54,696 nt of DNA from a virus (taxonomy: Duplodnaviria; Caudoviricetes), in the IMG/VR virus record IMGVR_UViG_3300048598_000478, positions 1-54,696 of that record; one strand, written 5' to 3'. The position numbers and the translations under genes are program-made. The notes beneath the pieces are model-generated. The model worked only from the letters and a program-made list of their open reading frames with translations, was not told the DNA's origin and ran no database searches. Shown in pieces: positions 8,424 through 15,487 of the stretch. Numbering within the stretch: the first letter of the stretch is position 1; each line of letters begins with the position of its first letter.

Positions 8424-8822
8424 TCAAATCCTAACCTTCGCGATTGCGGCCTCAGCCCGCTCTACTGCCGTCTCGTATCGCGCCTCCCCACCAACTGGGG
8501 CCGTGTTCCCGGACGCTTCAATCAACTCCTTGAGCGCCCCAAGCAATTGGAGACGCTCAAACGCCACGCGCGCCAGGACAACGAACAGCGTCTCAATGTT
8601 GTGGTCGCCACGGTATTTTTGAGCGACGGCCGCAAGAATCTTCCCTTCTTCGGGTTCGAACGGTGCTGGCCTGTTATAATTTTCAATGAGATCAGCCTTA
8701 GCGGCTTCCGGCGTGGGGCCAAGGCCACAAACGCTGCCGGTGTCGTATGTGCCCCAACAAGCCGCCCAGCGATATTCGGAAGGGGCGTGCATTTGCTCGA
8801 AAACAGAGATCGTCTCAGGCAT
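8424..8822 (-). CDS. Passenger gene B1, hypothetical phage-like protein
   Basis: GGAGG RBS, ATG 8822 at the same position as the A1 start; ends LLGALKELI...AEAAIAKVRI. Confidence 0.75.
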   Translation of the reverse strand: MPETISVFEQMHAPSEYRWAACWGTYDTGSVCGLGPTPEAAKADLIENYNRPAPFEPEEGKILAAVAQKYRGDHNIETLFVVLARVAFERLQLLGALKELIEASGNTAPVGGEARYETAVERAEAAIAKVRI

Positions 8823-8910
8823 CTTATCCTCCAAAGGAGCCGGGCGGAATTGCCCGGAAAGTCCCATGGTTCTAGCATTAGGCGCTGTATGTGTCAACCG
8901 GATAAGCATG

Positions 8911-9267
8911 GATCATCTCAAGATCTTTTTGGAAGTCGGCGTAACGCGCATTCGCCTCATAGCTCGCTCGCATAGCGCGGCCCTGTACGTATTCGCGCGC
9001 TATCACCAGCGCCTTCACGAGATCGTCGTGGGAGTTGACGGCGCGGACGATCAGATCGGCGTCGGCTTTCATTCGGTTTGTGACCGAGCGGCCTTCGTTG
9101 TAGAGCGAACAGACCTCTGATCCTTCAGCAAATTCGTTTTTTGGATCGTGGCGGATAATGATCGTGTTGCTGTGCTCTTTCGCCGAACACCAAGGCGTCG
9201 GCGTATGCTCGCCCGCCTTCTCAATCCCCACGTCTTCCGTCTTTGCAAGGGGGAGGGTGTCGGTCAT
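8911..9267 (-). pseudogene. Phage hypothetical protein (HTPxPW type), 3'-truncated by element B
   Basis: HTPTPW...ADADLIVRAVNSHDDLVKAL; true C-terminus lies at 6990-7039. Confidence 0.8.
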
Positions 9268-9476
9268 GGCTTGACCCAGTTCGTGACGTATTCGCGCGCG
9301 AGCCTAATTTCCTGAGCGCAGTCGTATGCAGCAAGGAAGCGACTTACTCGCGCGATTTTGGCTTGCTCGGCTTCCGAAAGCTCAATGTCGCAACCTGCAT
9401 TCATCAGGTGGACCAAAACCTGATCGCGGTATGGTGCGCGGCTGAGACCCTTAACGGTGCCTGTGTAAAGCCCCAT
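9264..9476 (-). CDS. Hypothetical protein
   Basis: GGAGGGGGTGATG start, 70 aa, coupled on both sides. Confidence 0.65.
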   Translation of the reverse strand: MGLYTGTVKGLSRAPYRDQVLVHLMNAGCDIELSEAEQAKIARVSRFLAAYDCAQEIRLAREYVTNWVKP

Positions 9477-9583
9477 CACCCCCTCCATCCGATCTGCACC
9501 ACGACCGCGATCATTGCGACCATGAGAGCAAGGCCGATCCAGAATTCAGAGGCGGGGATGTAGGCGCGGGGGTGCATGGTCAT
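9476..9583 (-). CDS. Small membrane peptide, copy 1
   Basis: MTMHPRAYIPASEFWIGLALMVAMIAVVVQIGWRG; ATGA/TGATG overlaps. Confidence 0.7.
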   Translation of the reverse strand: MTMHPRAYIPASEFWIGLALMVAMIAVVVQIGWRG

Positions 9584-10005
9584 GCTGCCTTGCGCTGTTC
9601 TGGCGCTGCTGATTGCGCGATCTGTTCGACCAGGTCGGCGATGCGGCGCCGCAGTTTCGGACAGGCGATGCCGGTGAAGGCGCGCGCGATCGCGATGCCG
9701 TCGGTCGTCGCCACGAAATCGTCGACGAAGGACGGCGATCCGGAATCCAGATAAGCGGCAGCCCCTCCCGGCGTGACCCCGTTGCCCTCGAAGAAGAAGG
9801 CGACCTCGACGCCAAGGATCGTTGCGATCTGCTGCAGCCGGCCGGCCCCGATCCGGTTCACGCCCTTCTCGTATTTCTGGACCTGCTGGAAGGTGAGATC
9901 GAGCGCTGCGCCAAGCTTCTCCTGGCTCATGCCGAGCATCATGCGGCGCATCCGCACGCGGGAGCCAACGTGCTTGTCGGTCGGGTTCTGAAACTTGTTC
10001 TTCAT
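9580..10005 (-). CDS. XRE-family HTH regulator
   Basis: DKHVGSRVRMRRMMLGMSQEKLG..L.LTFQQVQKYEKG.NRI. Confidence 0.92.
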   Translation of the reverse strand: MKNKFQNPTDKHVGSRVRMRRMMLGMSQEKLGAALDLTFQQVQKYEKGVNRIGAGRLQQIATILGVEVAFFFEGNGVTPGGAAAYLDSGSPSFVDDFVATTDGIAIARAFTGIACPKLRRRIADLVEQIAQSAAPEQRKAA

Positions 10006-10106
10006 CACCCCCTCCCCACGATCTGCACCACGATCACGATCATCGCCATCGTAAGAGCGAGAGATATCCAGAAGGGGGAGGAGGGTTCGTAGGCGCGGGT
10101 GTTCAT
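10005..10106 (-). CDS. Small membrane peptide, copy 2
   Basis: MNTRAYEPSSPFWISLALTMAMIVIVVQIVGRG; paralogue of 9476-9583. Confidence 0.7.
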   Translation of the reverse strand: MNTRAYEPSSPFWISLALTMAMIVIVVQIVGRG

Positions 10107-10861
10107 GCGATCATCTCCGCCAATGATTTTCGGCTTTGGTGCATCGTGTAGCCGGTGCGCTGCTCGATCTCGCGATACCGGGCATAAAGTTCGGGATGCT
10201 GTTCGGCGCCGTTCCGCAGATCGTTGCGGCTTCCCATGATGCAGAAGACGCAGGACAATCGCTCATTGCCGAGCGCATAGGCGTAGTGCGGCGGCAGAGG
10301 GGAGCGATCTATCGCTGCAAAGACCTCTGCCTGCGAAAGTCCATGGATCGGCAGCCATTCGTACCAGTCGCGCCCAGCAACCGAGCCGCGTTCATTGCGG
10401 CGGAAGGGGGTGGCCTTAGCTCGCTGGCAGGATTCCTGCGCGCGTATACCCATGCAAGAAACAATGATGGTGTAGCCGTGCAGCCTCGCGTAGCGCCGGA
10501 CCTCGCGTTCAATGGGGCCGCGCTTCAAGTCGCTCGTGCATTGCCGGTTGGCGGCCGAGGGCCAGCACGGCGAGTTGGGGCCCGGGCGCACCTTGAAACG
10601 GTGCTCGACCATTTCAAAGAAGGTCTTGACCGCGCGCGCAACGACGAACGGCAGCCCTTCGGCGTCGGCGTGCTGCTCGGCTTTCTCCAGCGCGCCTGGC
10701 CACTCAGCCTCACCCAATGAAGCGTGCACTACTAGGATTTGCGACCGGGGAACGTAGCGCAGCAAGTGCGCCAGACATGCCTGGCTATCCTTGCCGCCAC
10801 TGTGATTGGCAACGAAGAGGGCGCCTGCTTCGATAAGCTTCCGAATTTCGGCAGGCGCCAT
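10103..10861 (-). CDS. PAPS-reductase-family (PP-loop) protein
   Basis: HSGGKDS PP-loop, RQCTSDLK, GIRAQES..RA, RLSCVFC. Confidence 0.88.
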   Translation of the reverse strand: MAPAEIRKLIEAGALFVANHSGGKDSQACLAHLLRYVPRSQILVVHASLGEAEWPGALEKAEQHADAEGLPFVVARAVKTFFEMVEHRFKVRPGPNSPCWPSAANRQCTSDLKRGPIEREVRRYARLHGYTIIVSCMGIRAQESCQRAKATPFRRNERGSVAGRDWYEWLPIHGLSQAEVFAAIDRSPLPPHYAYALGNERLSCVFCIMGSRNDLRNGAEQHPELYARYREIEQRTGYTMHQSRKSLAEMIA

Positions 10862-10931
10862 CGCCCGTCTCCCGTGGTTTCACGGGAAACACGATAACTT
10901 AGATTATGGATATGTCAATAACAAAAGTTAT
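10862..10931 (-). promoter_or_regulatory. PL-like promoter with two operators
   Basis: Minus strand TTGACA-N16-TATCGT; ATAACTTAGATTAT (10894-10907) and ATAACAAAAGTTAT (10918-10931); CCCGTG/CACGGG hairpin before the RBS. Confidence 0.75.
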
Positions 10932-11383
10932 TAAAACATTCTCAGCCCGGAGGTTGTGAACTGCCCAATCTCCTTTCCGGACTGCCCGTCATATATGCGC
11001 ACGCTGTCGGTGAAGTCGTTGCCATCGAAATAATAGGCGTAGACGACGCTGACAAACGTCTGCTTGGTATCAAAATCCAAGGCCTTAAAGCGTTGTGTAA
11101 CCCACAGGCGCGGCAGGTTTCCAGGCACTTCGATCTTGAGAAAGACCCGCTCCGCCTGCAGCTTGGCGATCAGTTTGGACCGTCTTTCCTGCGCTGCAGC
11201 AGATTTGTCGACTTTCGGCTCGGCTTTTTTCGGCGCCACAGGCGGCGACTGCGCTGCCGCGCGCTGCTCTGGTTGTCGGGCTGGGCTTGGTTCTGGTTTT
11301 TGCTGGGTTGCCGGCTGGAAATAAGCGAACAGCACTACCGTCAGGACAAAAGCCAAGAGCAGCATCCGGCCTATGCCTTTCAT
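10931..11383 (-). CDS. Membrane-anchored protein co-transcribed with the repressor
   Basis: N-terminal hydrophobic segment, Pro-rich linker, globular C-terminus; immediately downstream of cI. Confidence 0.8.
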   Translation of the reverse strand: MKGIGRMLLLAFVLTVVLFAYFQPATQQKPEPSPARQPEQRAAAQSPPVAPKKAEPKVDKSAAAQERRSKLIAKLQAERVFLKIEVPGNLPRLWVTQRFKALDFDTKQTFVSVVYAYYFDGNDFTDSVRIYDGQSGKEIGQFTTSGLRMF

Positions 11384-11392
11384 GGGATGCGC

Positions 11393-12013
11393 CTATCGCC
11401 GCAACTGGCGCTGCACGACGCGGTGAACCCATCGCCATTCCTTGCGGGGAAGGGAAAAGTCCCGCTGCGGGTTCCACTGTGTAATCAGCCAGTTTTCCGC
11501 TGACTGCCGGCGCAGATGTTTGATGCTCGCGCGCGCTTCCCCCTCGCGCTCGGCAAAAAAGATGCAGGTCGTCTCCCCTATGATCGGGAGGCTTGGATTT
11601 ACCATCGCCACGTCGCCGGGACGGAATTCCGGGACCATCGATTCGCCGACCACCAAGATTGCGTAGGCATCGCTCGCGAAGCGCAGTTCCGGCGGGCGCG
11701 CGATATAGTCCACCGGATCACTCGAAACGATGATTTCTCCGGGGCCGCCCTCCGCTGCTGCGTGCAGCCGCAGGTCGGAAATAACACCTACGCCGGCGGG
11801 ATGCGGCCCGGCATCGCTGGCGCCGGGCACTAGTCGGTCGACCGGAATGCCGAGCGCCGCACCTATCTGGGGCAGGAACTTGGTCTGACGGGTATTGCCG
11901 TCCTCGATTTTCTTAATGGCGGGCTGGCTCAAGCCGCCGGCTTCTTTGCCGAGCTTGGCCTGCGACCATCCCCGCTTCAATCTGGCAGCTTTGATAATGG
12001 CGCCGGGTTCCAT
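11393..12013 (-). CDS. CI-like repressor (HTH plus S24 peptidase)
   Basis: IKAARLKRGWSQAKLG..LSQPAIKKIE; VVGESMVPEFRPGD and SIKHL catalytic Ser/Lys. Confidence 0.92.
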   Translation of the reverse strand: MEPGAIIKAARLKRGWSQAKLGKEAGGLSQPAIKKIEDGNTRQTKFLPQIGAALGIPVDRLVPGASDAGPHPAGVGVISDLRLHAAAEGGPGEIIVSSDPVDYIARPPELRFASDAYAILVVGESMVPEFRPGDVAMVNPSLPIIGETTCIFFAEREGEARASIKHLRRQSAENWLITQWNPQRDFSLPRKEWRWVHRVVQRQLRR

Positions 12014-12102
12014 GATGCCCGGCAATATAAAACTGTGGTTATGGGGCGTCCCCATAACAATGGTGCTTGCCATTTCCATAACCTACGTTATCAATTGGTT
12101 AT
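12014..12102. promoter_or_regulatory. OR-like region between cI and cro
   Basis: AAAACTGTGGTTAT (12029-12042), ATAACAATGGTGCT (12054-12067), ATAACCTACGTTAT (12078-12091); TTGCCA-N16-TATCAA just before the cro ATG. Confidence 0.75.
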
Positions 12103-12328
12103 GGACGATTCGGACCCGATCACGCGCGCGATCAAATGGGCTGGCTCCGAGGCGAAGCTCGGTTCTCTCATCGGCTGTTCGCAGGTCGCGATCAACAAGG
12201 CCAAGAAGCGCGGCAAGGTCTCGGCTGAAATGGCGGTTGCGATTGACGACCTGAAGGATTGCCCCGTCAGCAAACAAGAACTGCGCCCCGATCTGTTCAA
12301 GGCGGAGGAGGCGCAGCCGTGCGGCTAG
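12101..12328 (+). CDS. Cro/YdaS-like regulator
   Basis: AIKWAGSEAKLG..IGCSQVAI...VSKQELRPDLF; divergent from cI. Confidence 0.88.
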   Translation: MDDSDPITRAIKWAGSEAKLGSLIGCSQVAINKAKKRGKVSAEMAVAIDDLKDCPVSKQELRPDLFKAEEAQPCG

Positions 12329-12594
12329 TTCTTCCACCCAGCAATCGTGTCCAGCCCCAGAACGCGCAAGGAAACGTGTCGGAGTTCTTGGGGAACGACT
12401 GCTTTCGGGCAGAGGACGGTCCCGACGTGCTGACGGTAGGGCACAAGATCGCTGGTCAAGCGATTCCGAAACAACAGCATTCGGCAGACCGAATGCATCG
12501 TCTCGATGCGATGGATACCATCGAACCAAACATCTGGCAGGTTCGCATTTTCGATGAAAGTGGAGTGGTCTGCTCGGGTACTTCCCATTCCCAT
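12325..12594 (-). CDS. Hypothetical protein opposing the early-right operon
   Basis: GGGAGGTAAAAAATT RBS before ATG; 89 aa; AT-rich upstream region. Confidence 0.6.
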   Translation of the reverse strand: MGMGSTRADHSTFIENANLPDVWFDGIHRIETMHSVCRMLLFRNRLTSDLVPYRQHVGTVLCPKAVVPQELRHVSLRVLGLDTIAGWKN

Positions 12595-12821
12595 AATTTT
12601 TTACCTCCCGAATTACGCCGGGAACCTGATGGAACCCGCTACGGAGGCCAGCGTAGAACCGTTTCAAATGAAACTGGTGGTAATTTATGGGGCAACAAAA
12701 ACCATATTTCCGCCCCGGTAGCGTCACAGTTGCGTCAGTCCTGCGGGCGGCCGGTACGCATACAGGTACATCCGGCCGCCCGCTTCCTGGCCTGCGAGCG
12801 GAGGCGTCCCGCAAGCCATCC

Positions 12822-12926
12822 CTATCCATGCGCGAACACCTTCCACAGCAAAGCCACCAGCGCGCCCGCGATCACCACCAGAATAATCAGCGCATATAGC
12901 GGGCCTGCATCCGACATCCGTTTCAT
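12822..12926 (-). CDS. Small single-TM peptide
   Basis: MKRMSDAGPLYALIILVVIAGALVALLWKVFAHG. Confidence 0.45.
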   Translation of the reverse strand: MKRMSDAGPLYALIILVVIAGALVALLWKVFAHG

Positions 12927-12962
12927 GGCTGAAGTTTTCGTTGTGTTGCGTGAGGGCGTGTC

Positions 12963-13217
12963 ATGCATGGATCATTGCAACGGCGGATCGCCGAGCAAAC
13001 CGAAATCGAGCGCAAGATCGTGCAGGGCGCTGCAAGGATTTGCAGCGGAAATTTCGGCAAGGCCTGGAAGGGCATTTTTCCGATCAAAGCCGCCGAAGAA
13101 CTGGCAGCGCGCACCGGCATGTCGGTTCGCACCGCAGCCTATGAACTCTCTGGCGAGCACGAGGCTTCCGGCAGATCGATTGCCGCCCTCATCGCCGAGA
13201 TCACAAAGCGAGATTGA
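12963..13217 (+). CDS. CII-position HTH protein
   Basis: KAAEELAARTGMSVRTAAYELSG HTH-like segment; GAGGG RBS. Confidence 0.65.
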   Translation: MHGSLQRRIAEQTEIERKIVQGAARICSGNFGKAWKGIFPIKAAEELAARTGMSVRTAAYELSGEHEASGRSIAALIAEITKRD

Positions 13218-13303
13218 CGTGTCTCCATGTGGTGGCGGGGCGAAAGCTGACTGCCTCCTTCATGAGCGCCAACGCGGCGGAGGCTTGGAAACCGGGCCAT
13301 GCG

Positions 13304-13502
13304 TGACAGCCGGAGAGACGGCGCCTATATCTCGGAATGCTGCCGTTGCCGGAGGCGGCGCGGGTAAACTTCGCCGCGCAGTGATGTGGTTTAACGGTGA
13401 CCGTCGGGAAGACTCTTGGTGTGCGCCGACGCGCAATACGCCGGGAGCCATGGGTTCGAATCCCATACGGCAGCAGCTGACCATGACAGCCGGAGAGACG
13501 GC
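13304..13502 (+). repeat. 19-nt direct repeat TGACAGCCGGAGAGACGGC at 13304-13322 and 13484-13502
   Basis: Identical copies, each containing a GCCG-GAGAGA-CGGC hairpin. Confidence 0.9.
13338..13475 (+). ncRNA. Enlarged tRNA-like RNA
   Basis: TGCTGCCGT/ACGGCAGCA terminal stem stacked on ATGGG-TTCGAAT-CCCAT T arm; long internal hairpins; no canonical anticodon arm. Confidence 0.6.
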
Positions 13503-13516
13503 ACTTCAATTCAATA

Positions 13517-13591
13517 GCCCAGCTAGCTCAGCGGTAGAGCGGCTGTTTTGTAAACAGCGTGTCGGCGGTTCGAATCCGTCGCTGGGCTCCA
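13517..13591 (+). tRNA. tRNA-Thr (TGT), phage-encoded
   Basis: GCCCAGC/GCTGGGC acceptor, GCTGT-TTTGTAA-ACAGC anticodon arm, GGCGG-TTCGAAT-CCGTC T arm, CCA. Confidence 0.95.
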
Positions 13592-13596
13592 GTTTT

Positions 13597-13690
13597 GCGT
13601 CAGTCGTTTTGAACAGCCCCCGCGCGATAATTGGGGTGGGCCAAGACCGCTATTGCGGCGGGGTGCAATTCCTCGCGGCTGAACGCGCCA
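13597..13690 (+). ncRNA. Second tRNA-like RNA ending in GCCA
   Basis: GCGTCAGTCG/CGGCTGAACGC stem with one bulge, CGGGG-TGCAATT-CCTCG T-like arm, CCGC-TATT-GCGG arm, 3' GCCA. Confidence 0.5.
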
Positions 13691-13705
13691 GATATGGGAG
13701 TGACT

Positions 13706-13930
13706 ATGCCGGTCGGCCGTTCGTCGATTGTCCGGCGGCGCTGGCGCATGGATATGATGGTCATGCAAGCCGCCCGTTGTCATTGGTGCAAGGGCCTGAT
13801 GCAGACGGGCGATCCGCAAAGCGGCAACTACGCATCCTTCGAGCATCTGCATCGCCGTCGTCACGGCGGCAAGTTCAACCGGCGCAACCTCGTGCTGGCC
13901 TGCAAGCAGTGCAACAACGAGCGCAACTGA
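13706..13930 (+). CDS. HNH endonuclease
   Basis: CHWC...SFEHL...HGG....NLVLACKQCNNER. Confidence 0.8.
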   Translation: MPVGRSSIVRRRWRMDMMVMQAARCHWCKGLMQTGDPQSGNYASFEHLHRRRHGGKFNRRNLVLACKQCNNERN

Positions 13931-14121
13931 ACCGCCGCCACACCTGGTCCCAAAAGCACCGCCCCGACATTCACCACACCATCCAGCGCTGCTGGGACTG
14001 CGGCATCACCAAGACCGGCCGTCACGAGAACGGCCAGCACTGGACTGAATTCCACGACACCGACGGCAAGCGCATCCGCATCGAAGGCGAGCGCACGCCG
14101 AATTGTGAGGGGGTCGAATGA
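13909..14121 (+). CDS. Hypothetical protein
   Basis: RHTW...CWDCGITK...HWTEF; start uncertain. Confidence 0.55.
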   Translation: MQQRAQLNRRHTWSQKHRPDIHHTIQRCWDCGITKTGRHENGQHWTEFHDTDGKRIRIEGERTPNCEGVE

Positions 14122-14275
14122 AAAAGCGCGAAGCATGGGCCATTGGCCGCCGCGTGAACGGGCGCTTTACGTTCCGGCGCGTGGTGTTCGGGCGAGCGTT
14201 GGCTCGTGCCGAATGTCGCGAAGGAGAGCGCGCTTATGTCGTGGTGAGCATCAAGGTCAATCTTCGGAGGCGCGC

Positions 14276-14377
14276 ATGACAACCTTCCTGCTCGCCTATC
14301 TCGCCGGCTCGGCGCTCTCCACCGTCATCCTCTTCTATCTCGCCTACACCGCGCCGGAACTGCCCTGGCACGACTAG
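14276..14377 (+). CDS. Small membrane peptide
   Basis: GGAGG RBS; MTTFLLAYLAGSALSTVILFYLAYTAPELPWHD. Confidence 0.55.
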   Translation: MTTFLLAYLAGSALSTVILFYLAYTAPELPWHD

Positions 14378-14450
14378 TCCGTTCCTGTTCCCTGTTGCGT
14401 TTTGTGTTCCCAATAATTCTGAACCAAAACCCAATCGGGGGAGGGGCGTC

Positions 14451-14990
14451 ATGTCCTTTCGTACAGTGGAATTGCCGACGCGCACGAAGGTGGGCGATGG
14501 CTGCGTAAGTGTATCCATCGGACGGCGCGGACTGTGCATCGGATTGAGCGCCGCGCTTGCCAGTCAGCTCGCGGTCGCCGCAGGCGACACCTTCGGTCTC
14601 CAGATCGGCGAAGGTGAAAACGCCGGGCGAATCCGCATCGCATCCGACAAGAACGGCCGGCGCCTGTCGAAGCTCGGCGGCAAGGCGCTGTGCATTGCCT
14701 TCGGCGCGATCGATGCCTTCGCGATCTTCGGCCTGCAGGACAAACAATTCTGCAAGGCCGAGGCGGTGACGGGCGGCGGCATCCAGATCACCCTTCCCAA
14801 GTGGAAGGAAGGCGGCAGCAGCGCCTCATCCGGCGACGCACATTCCTTCTCCTTCGATCTCGATCCCGAACAGGCTGAATCCCTTCGCGATGCGGCAAGC
14901 GATGCCGATCAGGAGGTGCCCGACTATCTCGCCGAGATCGTCGGCACCTACATCGAGGAATATCGGAAAGAACAGGCCGGAAAGGACTGA
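14451..14990 (+). CDS. Hypothetical protein
   Basis: GGAGG RBS, 179 aa, GC3-rich codons. Confidence 0.7.
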   Translation: MSFRTVELPTRTKVGDGCVSVSIGRRGLCIGLSAALASQLAVAAGDTFGLQIGEGENAGRIRIASDKNGRRLSKLGGKALCIAFGAIDAFAIFGLQDKQFCKAEAVTGGGIQITLPKWKEGGSSASSGDAHSFSFDLDPEQAESLRDAASDADQEVPDYLAEIVGTYIEEYRKEQAGKD

Positions 14991-14995
14991 AGGTC

Positions 14996-15274
14996 ATGCC
15001 CGCTTTCAAATTCAAGCTTGCGCAATGCGTGACATTGCCGAGCGATACCTCGGTGCAGGGCCGCGTCTCCGCGCGCACCGAATTCGTCACCCAGCCGAAC
15101 ATCTACCAGATCGTTTGGCTCGACGCGAAACTCGCGATGCAAAGCGCGGTCTTCACCGAGGCCGAGTTGGAAGGCCTCACGGTCGAAGCCAATCCGGCGC
15201 TGCCCGATGTCGAATTCGCCGCTGCGGCGCCCGCCCGCAAGTCCCGCTCCAAAAAGCGGAGCACAAAGCGATGA
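14996..15274 (+). CDS. Hypothetical protein
   Basis: 92 aa in operon, basic tail. Confidence 0.7.
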   Translation: MPAFKFKLAQCVTLPSDTSVQGRVSARTEFVTQPNIYQIVWLDAKLAMQSAVFTEAELEGLTVEANPALPDVEFAAAAPARKSRSKKRSTKR

Positions 15275-15429
15275 ACATCCTCATCATCACCGGCATCGTC
15301 ATCGCGATCCTGCTGCTGCTCACCGCCCTGGCCTATATCGCCCGCGAGATCGATGACGCAGCCGAGCGCAGGCGCCGCGCCGTTCTCTCCGACCATGACC
15401 ACGAAATGCTCGGAGGATCGCCCCTGTGA
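15271..15429 (+). CDS. Small membrane protein
   Basis: MNILIITGIVIAILLLLTALAYIAREID; ATGA overlap. Confidence 0.6.
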   Translation: MNILIITGIVIAILLLLTALAYIAREIDDAAERRRRAVLSDHDHEMLGGSPL

Positions 15430-15487
15430 TCTCCTTGGCCCGGCTGGTCGCTACCCTGCAGTCCGTTTTCAACAAGGGGAAGGCTGC

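Larger units (their letters stand above)
7040..8910 (-). mobile_element. IS1595-family element B with two passenger genes (1871 bp)
   Basis: 24-bp TIRs CATGCTTATCCGGTT...ACATAC at 7040-7063 and 8887-8910; 8-bp target duplication GATCATCT at 7032-7039 and 8911-8918. Confidence 0.95.

Noticed and set aside
4699-8910. One composite transposon bounded by the two IS1595 copies
   Set aside because: Each element has its own distinct 8-bp duplication, and the middle segment is contiguous phage sequence once both are removed
13338-13475. tRNA-Sec or intron-containing tRNA
   Set aside because: The long acceptor plus T stem is suggestive, but no TCA anticodon loop or recognisable intron could be drawn
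13304-13502. CRISPR-like array
   Set aside because: Only two 19-nt copies 180 nt apart, and no cas genes
12259-14121. 620-aa ORF
   Set aside because: Runs through a clear tRNA and several better genes in other frames; only its last 70 or so codons look coding
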